Below are positions 27,121 through 39,595 of a stretch of DNA of 64,000 bases, piece by piece. The position numbers and the translations under genes were made by a program. The notes below the pieces were generated by a model. That model did no database searches. It was not told the DNA's origin and worked only from the letters and a program-made list of their open reading frames with translations. The DNA is from Podarcis gaigeae (taxonomy: Eukaryota): NCBI GenBank assembly GCA_964106915.2, contig OZ066920.1, one strand, 5' to 3'. Positions within the stretch are counted from its first letter, which is position 1. Each line of letters opens with the position of its first letter.

Positions 27121-27341
27121 GCCAAAGGAGAAATGAAATCTCATTCTCCACAACCAGGATGGAAATGTAGCAGTCTGGCAGAGGAGGAAGCAGATTGCTC
27201 CATCCCTCCTGCACCAGTCCACCTGCTTTACCTAACCTTTTGCTTTTCAGGCCAGCATACAGAGACAGGCTACTAGCTTTTGATCAGGGTAGGAAAAAAT
27301 GTTTGCAGGCTAACAATTTCTGTGTGCTTATTTACAAGGGA

Positions 27342-27384
<43 letters not shown>

Positions 27385-29006
27385 ACGCGCATGCACATTA
27401 CAACAAAAAGACAGAACCTCTTATTTGCTTTGTTTTTCCAGGTTTTCCTATGCCGAAAAATTGACTTGGTGATAAACGGTAATAACACCATTGCTCTTTC
27501 AGAGGGAAAAGCAAGCCAGACTAAGGAAAGAAGGGGGGGGGGTTCCTACTTGGTGTGCAAAGATTAATGGATTTTCTGCCCTCTGACAAGGTTTGTTAAC
27601 AAGCCAAAGACAAGCGTATGGGGAAGACTTCAAGACACTGTAAATAAAAAGATCAATGTGAAAATCAAGTCCCTTTCCAAAGATGTTAAATTCTCTTAAG
27701 GGCACTCTGTAAGGTGGCTTTTATATCAGGATTTTATTTTATTTTTGGCTGGCCCTTTCATACTTTCCCCATAATCTACTTTGTATCACAAACAGGGATG
27801 CTCATTTTTGCTATAATATATATGATTTATTTGTTTCAAAGATTTACGTGCCACCTTTCAGGACGAAACCCTCCCATCGACTAGCATGCTCCTGAATACT
27901 TAACTATTTCTCTAGGTAAAATCTCTTAAATAATTCCTTTATCTCTTTTCCCCCTCTTTTTTTTTTTTTTTTTTTTTTTTGCAGACAAAAAGCACCATGA
28001 TTCTGAGTGCCTACTTTGGTTCATATGTTCCTGTGCTGCTCTTATACAGCAGCACAGGAGATACTTAAAAGTCTCGTAGCACTGTGCTACGTAGGGAGCC
28101 AACAGCCAGCCTGGCCTTAAGTGACCCAACTGGCAGTTGTAGACCTTGGAGTCTCAGATTTCAGTGGCACCCTGTGTGATGCCAGAATCTGCCCCCCCCC
28201 TGCTTTCTGTGGACATAATAGTTGCAACGCCTGCTGAAGCACCCCCGAAGCTCCCCACCCGGCATGACCGAACCAGTAACACTCCCCTAGATCCCCCTTT
28301 GCAACAGGATGCTCTCTAAGGATTCTCCACTGAGAATCACAAGTGGGGAGAGTGTTATCATGCTGAGGTCCTACTTTGCGGTTTCCATACACATCTGGTT
28401 GGCTACTGCGAGAACAGGAAAATTATTCTATTTCCAACAAAAGAGCATGGTCAGTCCTCATTGGGTGGATTTAACTTCCTCCCCCAGCAAGGTTTTTAAC
28501 CTTAGTGTCTCTCCTAAGCGTGTTGATACCCCCCTCTTGCATGTGGATGATTCTATTTTGGCTACATTAAGGACCGGTGCTTGTAGAACGAGTTCATTAT
28601 TTGCGTACAAGTAATAACAATAACACTAAAATTTTAGGCCATCTTTGCATGAAAACTTCTAATGTGCTTTCAAGTGTTCTTCAGACACTCCTAAGTGCAT
28701 AGAGGAAATTAAATAGCCCTGGTTTAAAATATGCAGTGCTTGCATGTCTTGTTTGTTTGCTTCTAATGTATACAGATGTAATTAATGCTCATTACTAATC
28801 ATAAAGCTGTTATAAGAGAGCCTGTTTTTAATGTGTAGTTAGTTGAGGATCAGCCTCGTTGTTTCACAACTAATTAACTCTTCCAGATTTGTCCCTTGCC
28901 TCTAGAGACACAACACTACTACCTCAATATGTCACCGTTCTCAGTTTTCTGGATAGCTCTTTGGGTGGACAGTTCTGTTTTAAAATCCAAGGGGCTGAAG
29001 CCATAC

Positions 29007-29116
29007 CTGATTCCCAACCGCCCTCTTTATTTTATGCTTTCTTCAGGGACTCTGAGTTGCTCCCAAATTGCAACATCCTAGCCCTGTTTTCTGACAATTT
29101 CATTGTATTGTTCAAT
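29007..29116 (-). pseudogene. Pseudo-exon
   Basis: ttttcctgtag|IEQYNEIVRKQG*DVAI..., shifted SNSESLKKA*, donor CAG|gtatgg; 110 nt. Confidence 0.65.
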
Positions 29117-29600
29117 CTACAGGAAAATAGCCACATTAATACAGCTTAATTAGCAGAACTGCAATGTAAGGGAGAATACTCCAAGCAAGAAAAGTCTCCT
29201 GTGGAGCTAATAAGCATTCTTTGGGGGTAAAAATGCCAATTAAACAATTTACTACTATGTAAATTTTGCTATTGTATTAGCAGAAACTGGTCATTTGGTG
29301 CTTGTTCTAATGATGAAATCTATCACATAAGCACCTAAGTAATTAGCTGTGGGAATTCTAAACCATATTTAAAGGGTTTACAGTGATGGTCCATAAAAGG
29401 ATAAGATGTTCAATCTACCGACAGAGTCGTCTTTTAGTCACTGTGGATCTTTAAAGGGAACACTGCCACTACAGTTTTGTGGAGAGTCCCCTTTAATAGT
29501 AAACACAGCCCCACCTTTATAGTAAACTCCAATTGGGATCAAAGGGATGTGTCTGATTCAGGTATCAGCAGGATGTTTTTTGTTAGCACTTCAGGCTCAC

Positions 29601-29687
29601 CTGGGAGCTGGCGTGATTTGCTTTGCACAGGACTCATGCTGATTCCTGAAAGTCCCACCCTGTACAGCTGAATTTGTTCTACCAATG
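29601..29687 (-). pseudogene. Pseudo-exon
   Basis: ttcctgcag|CA TTG GTA GAA = LVEQIQLYRV..., shifted frame RNQHESCAKQIT, donor CAG|gtgagc. Confidence 0.55.
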
Positions 29688-31194
29688 CTGCAGGAATCCC
29701 TAAGGGATAATGAATTGGTGAAGCAAAGGGGACGTGCACTGGATCTGCACCTTGACTCTCGGACTATGATCCATTCACCTTACACATTTCGCCATCAAGC
29801 TCTCGAGCCAAACACTGGAACTTCCTCTGATTCCTTATTGCAGCCCCTCTAAGGACTCCATTCAAAAGGTGATAAGTCATTGCCATAGTTCATACATGTC
29901 AGGGCCCTGCAGGGTCAAGCCTTCAAGCAGTCAGCTGGAAGGGCCAGAGGCAAGTACATAGACCTCGCAGACGTCTAGCTCCAGAGCATCAAATGAAGAT
30001 TAGAAGGACCAGAGGCAGATGTAGTCGGGTCAGGCAGATGGTCAGGTTGCAAAGAAAAAGAAAAAAGCAACAGTCCAGCGGAGGGAGGGAAAGGAGAGAG
30101 GGATGGGAGAAAGGTGAATCTATATGGCTGCTCTCAGTAATGCATCCGCTAGCCTGAAAAGCTGAGCCCAAAGCAGAGAGACTGATAGCTGTCTCAGTGG
30201 CACAGAGAGTAAAGCATCTGATCCCTGCTGCCAGATACTCTCCTTGCTTCAAGCCTCCTGGAACCCTATTTAACTGGGGTGGAGCTGCAACAGGGTGGCA
30301 AAGGAGCAGTGCAAAACCCATCCTACTTTGCAAATAATCACAGTGGTGCTCCACAAAGCAGGAGGATGGCTGTGCATCTATCCTTTTTTCAAAGTGCTGT
30401 CACAGGACAATCCTATCTTTTGAAGGAGTCCTTAGTTTGAAGGCCTGGTTGATTTCAATTCAGCTTAAAGATAAACCATAAAAGCTGAGACTTTGACATC
30501 GCCCATGCACAGCTAGCAACCTGGACAGGAGACTGAGCACACAGGTTACTTGGTGCCACTATTCCTATTTAAAGTGCATAAATTGTTTGCACATTTGCAC
30601 CCAGCCATACTGATTAGCACTGCCTTTGCCAATTTGGTCCTCTCCAGATGTTTTGACTGACAACTACCATGAGCCCAAAGGGGTCATGGGATGTGTAGTT
30701 CAAAACATCTGGAGGGCACTAGGGTGGTGAAGGTTGAATTGCCACATGCAAAATTTAATGTGAATCTGTCCCGTCAATTTTTTTATTGTATAATGTCTGC
30801 AGCATTCTTATGCCAGTGTTGTGTAGCCCAGACAGCAAATGTGCTGATTTGAAGGTATGCTGTGCATAGGGGTCCATAACTAATCTGGTTATACTTACCA
30901 AAGCAGAGGGCCTCCATTTTCCTTTTCCTCTTCCCTGTTTTGTTTATACCCTGCCTTCTGGTATAAACACACCACTTAGGGCAGCATGCCTAATGGAATG
31001 CTGTCCTGGGCTGGATCTAGACACATCAAAGAAGCGTTTCAGTTAAATGTGTTTTAAGCTGTTGTATGAGAAATTGGGTTGGCAAAAATGGAACTCCACA
31101 GCGCCAGCTGATGTCAGTGTAAGAAGGCATAAGCAACGCATATAAAGCGCTTTTTCTTTGCCAATGTAGCTGAGTCCCATTATTTAAGTCCTAG

Positions 31195-31560
31195 CTCAGC
31201 AAATGGTTATCACAACCATACCTTCAATGGCACAGTTGGCTGGTGGCCATCATTGGCGCTTGTGGGAATGAATTTCATAGTTTAACTACGTGCTGTGTGA
31301 AGAAATACTTCCTTGCGTTGGTTCTAGATTTTCCAATATTTGGCTTCACTAGATGTCCACAAGTTCTACTGTCAGCAGAAAGGGTGAAAAACATTTGTTC
31401 ATCCACTTTCTCTATGCCATACTGAATTTTATAAATGTCTCTTGTGCCACCTCTTGCTTGCCTTATCTCTAAAGTAAAATGTCTCAAAGATTACCACATT
31501 TTCTCCTAAGGGAGTTGCTCCATCCCCTTGAACATTTTGTTTACCCAGAACCTTTCCTAA
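31195..31560 (-). mobile_element. CR1 LINE fragment
   Basis: RTCGHLVK..RKYFFTQHVVKL C-terminal CR1 motif. Confidence 0.8.
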
Positions 31561-33960
31561 GCAGGGATCCTTATTTGGCCCACTAGGCTGTTTTCTCTAA
31601 ACTGCACCTGATAACATGTGTGATATCAATTGTGGCATAGGTAAAGACAGGGCTGTAAAGTGACAGTCTGGAGCTTAAAGTGTGCTCTTGCTTGCTTATT
31701 GGTGAGCAGTGCACACAAGCCCCTTTGTTATATGATGTCATAATGGTGTCAGGTGATTTACAGCTGGGTAGCCCTGCCTGTCTGTCAAAGTGGCCCATGC
31801 AGGGAGGGAGCGAGCAATACTTGGCCCGCCAGCCAGATCCAGTTCCCCGCTTCTCAGAGAGATAAATATGCATGCAACATAAGCCTTGCAATCTGTTGAG
31901 ATTATTCCAAATAGTTACTCAGGTGCATTTGTGCTGCAGACATATAGAGCTAGCATCTGCATGTACGCAAGAGTTCTGTAAACAACTCTGTTGCCTTAAA
32001 GCAATCTGTCAGTCTTTCCACGGTGTGGATGGTGAATATTCAGGTGACAGTGAAATTGCCTACTAAACACAGAAACTGAACACTGCCAGGACAAATGAGT
32101 GATTAGCTATGCAGGCATACACACCCAAGTGAGCCTCAGAAAAGCATGGTAAGGAGCATGATGACCAGTTGCTATTTGCATGTAGAGTATTCCAAGGTGA
32201 TAACAAGCTTTGCAAGGGAGCCAAAAGCATGGCAGAGGACTGGGTGGAAAGTTGCCAAGCACAATAGGAAGAGTGTGCTCCAAGGGGATGCTAAGCTCAG
32301 TAAATCCATCCAATATGCATTGTTATCTGGGGGCTGACAAGAAATGCACAGGGGAGGCATCTGGTAGTGAATTGTACATGTATGCTGTGATTGTGGTTAC
32401 TGAGGAGTAGTTGTCTCTGAAGCAGTTGGAAACTGCTGCTTCCAAGGGATCAAATACAAAACACATCCAACAGGGAGTTAGAATTTATTAGTTGGTGGGG
32501 GGTGGGAACCACCAAGCATATGCTAAGGCAGATTATACAAAGAAGTCTCCATCGCTTTTGTAATGCAACAAGGCATCACAGCATCCAATAGGAGCACAAC
32601 CAACTCCAATACACTAAGTACTGTTGTAGGAGTCCAGTTCCTAATCCTACCAGAACAATTTTGTGGTCAATTTCAGATGAAGGTTGGTGCCCATGAAGGA
32701 CATATGCAGCCGTATCTATGTACATGATGGTGGTGACTAGTCGAATTGACCTGGCAAAGTCTCTGTAGTCGGCACAGCAATCAAAGCACTGAGTATCCAT
32801 GCTAGTTACATAGGGATGCTTGAGGAAGTCATTATTTGTGAATTTCTATATGAAATGACCCGATCAGCATCACTCAGGACTAATGTATGGAACATAACTT
32901 AGCTATTTTATTTCAGACTAAACAGTCCTTGGCCATTTAAATATTTAAATACAGATTTAAATACATATTTTGAAAAATAATACACATTTTTATATGTATT
33001 TTGACAGTTTTCTAAAATCACAGATTAACACAAAAAATGGATGAAATTATGGTTAAAACACATAAAGGTGACAATCCCTCAAGTTGGTGTTTCTCCTTTC
33101 CCATCCCTTCCAATGCCCATTTCCAGTTTTCTTCTGCACATAAATATCTAGAAACAAATGTGTGGTTTGTGGAACCTTTAAAGTTCTGGCAAACAATGCT
33201 TGAGTACAAAATTTCATTGCAGTTACAATGAATATTCCCATCTAAATGTGACAGTCACATAAAATGCCAAACCGTTATTTGCTCACTCATGGCTTCAAAT
33301 ACTGCTACCTCCTCATCCCCTTGGATGTTCAGATATCTCCCCTATCATCCTGATTTGCAGCACACCATAGTTTACCTGCAACCTAGAATTAGAAGTCACA
33401 GTTTAAAGTTGCCACACAAGTATGGAACAATATAGTCAAGGGTTAGGAATGATGGGAGTTGTGCTCCAATAACATCTGATGACCACAGGTTTCCCACTTC
33501 TGGTCAAGAGGTAAGATTTTGTTAGAGGTAAGATGTTGTTGGGCTCCAAATCCCTTCAGTCCCAGCAGCATGGCCAAGGGTTAGGGATGATGAAAGTTGC
33601 AATCCTGCACCATCTGGAAGACCTCAGGTTTTTCACCTCTGGTTTAGAGGCCAGACCACCATAAGAAGATGGCTGGTGCTTTTGCATTGAACAATGGTTT
33701 AAACTGTAGCATGGGATTTTTTAATTTGTTAAAAGGAAAGTTTTGCTCATTAGTATTTAAGATTTGCTTAAAGGAGAAAAATAAAGTTTGCTTAAAAACA
33801 AAACAAAACCCCTAAATTCAAAAAAGACCTTGCCTCCCATTCGCATTTTGGTGAGATCTTTCAGATTTAAAAATAGACACCCTATCTTTTGCTATGATAA
33901 GTAAACAGAGCAGAAAGTATTACAATAATCTCTTTGACGCCCCACTGAAGTATATAATAC

Positions 33961-34135
33961 CTGTTTTATATGAATCTTCTGTTCATGCTCTAGTTGCTGG
34001 TTCACTTTCTCAGCATGATTTCATCAATCTTTCTGCTCAATGCTTCCCCCCTATTCCTTTCCTTTCTTTTCTTAATGCCCACTGCTCATGCACCTACCTC
34101 ACTCTGCAGACTTTCTCTAGTTGAGTATACATTTT
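33961..34135 (-). pseudogene. Pseudo-exon
   Basis: ctag|AA AAT.. gives (E)NVYSTRESLQSEVGA*..., then frameshifted NHAEKVNQQLEHEQKIHIKQ|gtatta. Confidence 0.65.
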
Positions 34136-34303
34136 CTAGTTAAGTATAATTACCACAGTTACCTGAATTTTCAAGTTAAACTTTAATACGCATCACATGC
34201 TAAAATACAGGTAGCACATTTTCAGGTTCTAATGAAACTCTGTAGCCACAAATTATTCCAGTACCACTGATTAACACATATTATTAATCTGAACTCAATT
34301 TAC

Positions 34304-34554
34304 CTGTAGATAATTTCTCCCAAACTTTCATCTTTCTCCTACTCAAACCTCTTTGCAACAAAGCTATATACGTCAGCCTTCCACAACTTGGATGTTTTCC
34401 CAACCTGGGTGCCCCCTGGCACTGACTGTGTGGGACTACAAGTCCCATCAGTCCCAACCAGCATGGTCAATGGTCAAGGATGATGAGAGCTTTAGTTCAG
34501 CAAGGCATCAGGTTGGTTGACATGGTCTACATTGTCTAACTTTTAAGCCGTTCT
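34304..34554 (-). pseudogene. Pseudo-exon split by a MITE
   Basis: Acceptor tttttggatag|AG AAC; MITE at about 34375-34525; then LLQRGLSRRKMKVWEKLST G|gtaaat (phase 1, matching the next exon). Confidence 0.55.
34375..34525. mobile_element. Palindromic hAT-like MITE (related copies at about 30620-30740 and 33440-33645)
   Basis: ggactacaagtcccatcag..gatgatgagagctttagt core shared among the copies. Confidence 0.65.
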
Positions 34555-34644
34555 CTATCCAAAAACACCCATGACTTTATGTCAATGTTCCTTACGGAAC
34601 ATAATAGGAGCATGACCAACACTCAGGCAAGACAATGAACTGAC

Positions 34645-35300
34645 CATGCTGCCTCAATATAGTCATGCTCCATGTTGTACGGATGTCTGGTAATTGTCTT
34701 CCAAAGCAACTACTCTATTCCAAACTTTAAAATGAAAAGCGTAATGCAAAAGAGGTCAGCAAAAGAGGTTTGAAGACACTCTCAAGGGAAATCTTTAAAA
34801 ATGTAGTATAAACACTGAAAACCAGGAAACACTGGCTTGCGAGCACTCCAGTTGGAGAACAGCCTTTACCAAAGGTGTCATGGGCTTTGAAAACGCTTGA
34901 ACTCAGGACGAAAGGGAGAATGATGCTAAGAGGAAGGCATGCTTGGCAAACCCTCACCATGATCAACTCCCACCCAGAAACCTATATCCCCGCTGTGGAA
35001 GGACATGTGGATCCAGAATTGGCCTCCACAGTCGCTTACAAACTCATTGTTAAACCGTGTTCATGAAAGACAATCTTATTCAGCTATGAGTGATCACCAA
35101 AGAAGAAGAAGCTCCAAATCCAGCACCACTCTGGCTCTGTCACAAACGAGTTCACCTAGCTCTCTCCTCCTCATGAATGAAATGTTGAAAGCTTCCTGGA
35201 TGTTTACTAACACTTAGAGCTTGACTTACATAGTTACAAACTCCAATAAGCAGTTCATTTTCATGTCCTCTTATGCATGAAAGCCCTGGATCCCTTGTAG
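34645..35300 (-). pseudogene. Pseudo-exon split by an RTE insertion
   Basis: VIMLQGIQGFHA*EDMKMNCLLEFVTM*VKL*VLVNIQEAFNISFMRRRELGELVCDRARVVLDLE stops at 35111 at the RTE tail. It resumes beyond the insertion (frameshifted MTILRQH) and ends at G|gtcagt at 34645. Confidence 0.55.
34673..35110 (+). mobile_element. RTE-clade LINE 3' fragment (non Bov-B)
   Basis: Degenerate HVVRM..LPKQLLYS..QQKRF, remnant C-terminal C2H2 (CGRTCGSRIGLHS), (GAA)n tail, TSD gctcca at 34667-34672 and 35111-35116. Confidence 0.85.
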
Positions 35301-35850
35301 CATTATCACTGTTACTCTCCCCATTTCCATTACCTCAAAATTGCTTACCAGTCACTGCCCACTAGTCAAATGATGCTTGATATCCCTTCCTCCCCATCGC
35401 TCAGTGGTGGAGGACACATTATATCTTAATGGCTGCTGCAGAATGAGCTAAAGGCCAAATAGGATGAGTGGCTTTGTTTTCAGCGAGGCTCAACCTTAAC
35501 ATTTAATTATACATACAACTTTATATATCACTTAATATTAAAAAAGGAATATCTAAGCAGTTTATATAGAATAGGGGGGAGGGTGAATTAATATACATTC
35601 ATATGAAAATGCAAAGGCTTCACTATGTTGTTTTAGGTATCTGCCAAAAACTTGTCTGTTGCAGCGGGAATGTGAAAACATGTGGTTTGGTTATATCTAT
35701 CCTTGCATGTGAAGACAGGCTCTGGCCCACTGAGCAGACAAGACCAATAGTGGGAGGAAAATGAGGGGCACATGGGGCTCGTCAACCTGGGAAGGTAGCC
35801 CATGTAGAAGGAAAAAAAACAGACCCTGAACCTCTGCTGCTTTGTGGCTA

Positions 35851-36091
35851 CAGTGGTACCTCAGGTTAAGTACTTAATTCATTCCGGAGGTCCGTAATTA
35901 ACCTGAAACTGTTCTTAACCTGAAGCACCACTTTAGCTAATGGGGCTCCTGCTGCTGCCGCGCTGCTGGAGCCCAATTTCTGTTCTCATCCTGAAGCAAG
36001 GTTCTTAACCTGAAGCACTATTTCTGGGTCAGTGGAGTCTTTAACCTGAAGTGTATGTAACCTGATGCGTATGTAACCTGAGGTACCACTG
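35851..36091. mobile_element. Tc1/pogo (Tigger-like) MITE
   Basis: TIR cagtggtacctcaggtta / taacctgaggtaccactg; TA TSD. Confidence 0.9.
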
Positions 36092-37334
36092 TATACTCAT
36101 TCATGAGAAAAGGCTATGGAGTAAACCCTGCACAAATCCATACTGGAGTCCCTAAGGCAGTTGGATGGTGTCCTGTATGGCCTTCTTCTGGCAACTCCTC
36201 TGGTGAAGCTGGTTCCAAACTTTGGCCCACATCAGCAAGGCCTTGTAGTCTGGGCAGCCCTCCATACATACTGCCTAGGCTTGCTCCCTGGAGATTTTAA
36301 AATTTCTTTTAATGTTTTATTGTGTTACATTGTTGTTGTTTTTTTTAAAAAAAACTATACAGGTGCTTTTGATGTTTTTAATAAATGTTTTAAATAGGGG
36401 TTTGCTTTATTTTATATAGTATTGTTTCATCATAGATGTGTTTACCAGCATGAGCTCCTTCGGGAGGAAGAGTGGGGTATAAATTTAATAAATAAATAAA
36501 ATGCAGCCAAATAAAACTTTTTGAAAAGCTAAATGAAAACAAAACAACCCTATATAACATATATAAAACTGAACAGTATACAAAAAAAAAGTTTGAGTAT
36601 TAGTAGCCTTCTGAGTCAGCTGCTAGCCAATTTCTGCTGGGACTATGTGAATTATAATATCTATAAAGGGTGCAAAAACACAGAGAGATAGTATAGATCG
36701 ATTTATCTGTACAAATTACACTGGCACATGTGGGACCAGCAACATTTTTGTTTCCTTTGTTTTTTAAAGGACATTGTAGTATTTCAACTACATAAATCTC
36801 TGCTGGATCACACCAAAGGCCAATCTAGTCTGCAATCCATCATATTATGGAATACCATTTTCCAGATATTATGAAAATAAAACATATTACTCAGTAGACT
36901 ACTGTCACCTCCTTCAGATCCCACCCAAGTCAACACTGCAGAGTAATTAGGCTTTCTACAAATATTTAGTCCAATATTCCGCAGAATCCACACTTCTGCT
37001 GAATCCCTTGTTGAAGGCTCATGTTCAGATCCCCAACATCACTCCAACATAAAATATGATGCAGCACTTATCATGTTTCTATAGTGGTCAACCAGATGAT
37101 TATGGGAAGCTCACAAGCAGCACATGAGAAATAGCCCTCTCATGCTGTGGTTATCCGCTGAAATAACCCAGAGTTTGTATACAGCCATCATGATTAGTAG
37201 CCATGACTAGTAGAATTTTGTGAGTGAAAGTCCTGTTTTTGTTTAGACCCTTTTAAAAATTAAATCATTTACAAAGATTTTTTATTCTTCTGTTTCTTGA
37301 AATGTTTAAAATATTGTTCATGAAGTAAGAATAA

Positions 37335-37745
37335 TGGTTGGAGGCATTAATACTTCTGAACACCAGTTACTCGAAGCCACAGGAAGTGAGAGTGCTCTTG
37401 TATTTGGGTCAGTGTGGTGTAGTGGTTAAGAGCGATGGACTCGTAATCTGGTGAACTGGGTTCGTGTCTCCGCTCCTCCACATGCAGCTGCTGGGTGACC
37501 TTGGGCTAGTCACACTTCTCTGAAGTCTCTCAGCCCCACTCATTGAGGAAGAGAAAGGAGAATGTTAGCCGCTTTGAGACTCCTTCGGGTAGTGATAAAG
37601 TGGGATATCAAATCCAAACTCCTCTTCGTCTTCTTCCTCCTGCTTCTGAGTTTCCCACAGGCAACTAGTTAGCCACTATGAAAACAGGATGCTGGACTAG
37701 ATGGGCCATTGGCCTGATCCAGCACATTCTTCTTAACGTCTTATG
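37335..37745 (+). mobile_element. CR1 3' UTR interrupted by a tRNA-derived SINE (about 37408-37638)
   Basis: Flanks match 61770-61930. The insert has A box (tggtgtagtgg), B box (ggttcgtgtc) and a (CTT)n tail. Confidence 0.75.
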
Positions 37746-37925
37746 TACAGTGTTCTAGTTAAACAATCTGAAGAAACACCTTTTTCACCCTGGCTTTTGA
37801 CACCCGAAACATATATTTTTAGGATCTACCTTGTTTTGTGATTGTAAGTTGTTTTTAAACTGTTCTTAAGTTTTCATTTCATTGTTGGAACCCAACCTGG
37901 CACCTCAAGGTGAAGGCCAGCTATA

Positions 37926-37942
37926 AAATAATAATAATAATA

Positions 37943-37983
<41 letters not shown>
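37926..37983 (+). repeat. (AAT)n microsatellite
   Basis: Direct observation; probably an L2-type tail. Confidence 0.95.
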
Positions 37984-37985
<2 letters not shown>

Positions 37986-38794
37986 AACATTAGATTTTGA
38001 ATTCTCGTAAAAAGCACTCTGTTCTTTTCTGCTGCCATTTTAAATGGGCTTCTGTTGTTAGATATCTGAATCTCTCTCCCTCTCTCTCCCTATATATATA
38101 TATATATATATATGAATGAAGGGGGGGAAGGGTGTAAAAGGAATTCATGTGAACACCTGCTGAGTTTAATTGCACTACAGCTGGCTCTGATTGTAAGTAG
38201 AGAGAGTGTGGTTTGCCGACTGATTGGCTGTCATTACATTCAATTTTGTTGTCTTTTTTCCTTTTCAGTATTATCCTTCCATGTTGAAAAAGACCATGAG
38301 GGATTAGGGGTCTAAACCACAGAGAAATCTTATGATCTCTGGACAGAATGTGATGCACTGCTCCTAGGATGAAAACATCTGAAAAGAAGTGCATGTACCT
38401 GAAGAGCAAGACCAATGATCTTGAGAGCTCAAAGCGGCATTGATGAGAAGGATAGGCGTACTGGGTTAGATATTGAAAGAGGTCACAACGCCCAGAACAT
38501 GTGGGTCTCCAATTTAGTGCTGCACATAGAACGGATGAGTGCAAGCAATGAAGCCTAAAGAAGTCCTGGTAATTCATATTTTAGAACTGGAATACAATTC
38601 AGTCCAGTTGTAAGGAGCTGGGATCATTTTTCAAAGTAGCATTGAGATATCATGAGTCAAATCTTCCCATTCAAATGAAGAAATGGAAACAGAGCAGGGC
38701 TGGCAGCAATTTGATAACTGTTAGGGAGATGTGTTTTGGTACAGATATGCTTGTCTCATGTTGTAAAGAGGACTCAAAGGTATACAGTTTCATT

Positions 38795-39355
38795 CGGACT
38801 GTCTCACCAGAGTGGCGCATGCTCTAGTTTTCTCCCACTTGGACTACTGCAATGTGCTCTACATGGGGCTTCCTTTGAAGGTGACCCGGAAACTACAATT
38901 AATCCAGAATGCGGCAGCTAGACTGGTGACTGGGAGTGGCCACCGAGACCATATAACACTGGTCCTGAAAGACCTACATTGGCTCCCAGTACATTTCCGA
39001 GCACAATTCAAAGTGTTGGTCTGACCTTTAAAGCCCTAAATGGCCTCGGCCCAGTATACTTCAAGGAGCGTCTCCACCCTCATTGTTCAGCCCGGACACT
39101 GAGATCCAGCTCCGATGGTTTCAGGGAACCAGGCAGAGGGCCTTCTTGGTAGCGGCAGCCGCCCATCAGATGTCAAGGAAATAAACAACTATCTGACTGT
39201 TAGAAGACACCTGAAGGCAGCCCTGTTTAAGGAAGTTTTTAATGTTTGATATTTTTAATATCCAGTTGGAAGCCACCCAGAGTGACTGGGGTGGCCCAGC
39301 CAGATCGGCGGGCTATAAGTGATATATTACTACTACTACTACTACTACTACTACT
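38795..39355 (+). mobile_element. L2 LINE 3' fragment
   Basis: HALVFSHLDYCNVLY..LQLIQNAAARLV..LHWLPV motif; (TAC)n tail. Confidence 0.9.
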
Positions 39356-39561
39356 TTCAGCAAGATGTCAGATTAGGGGACTGGGAACCATAGGTAGTGA
39401 AACCCTTGGTAGACCCTGGTCTTAGTTTTTATTGGAGATTTTGCATAATGAAATCAGATTTGAGTGTGGTAGACAGATAAAGTGGAACTCTTCATCCAAG
39501 ATTTTTTCAAAAAATACTTTTTTAAATGGTTGCATAGTTGACATGATTCCGTAACAATCAG

Positions 39562-39593
<32 letters not shown>

Positions 39594-39595
<2 letters not shown>

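Noticed and set aside
37990-38577. 195-aa minus-strand ORF
   Set aside because: Runs through TA/GA microsatellites, has no recognisable domain and lacks splice support on that strand.
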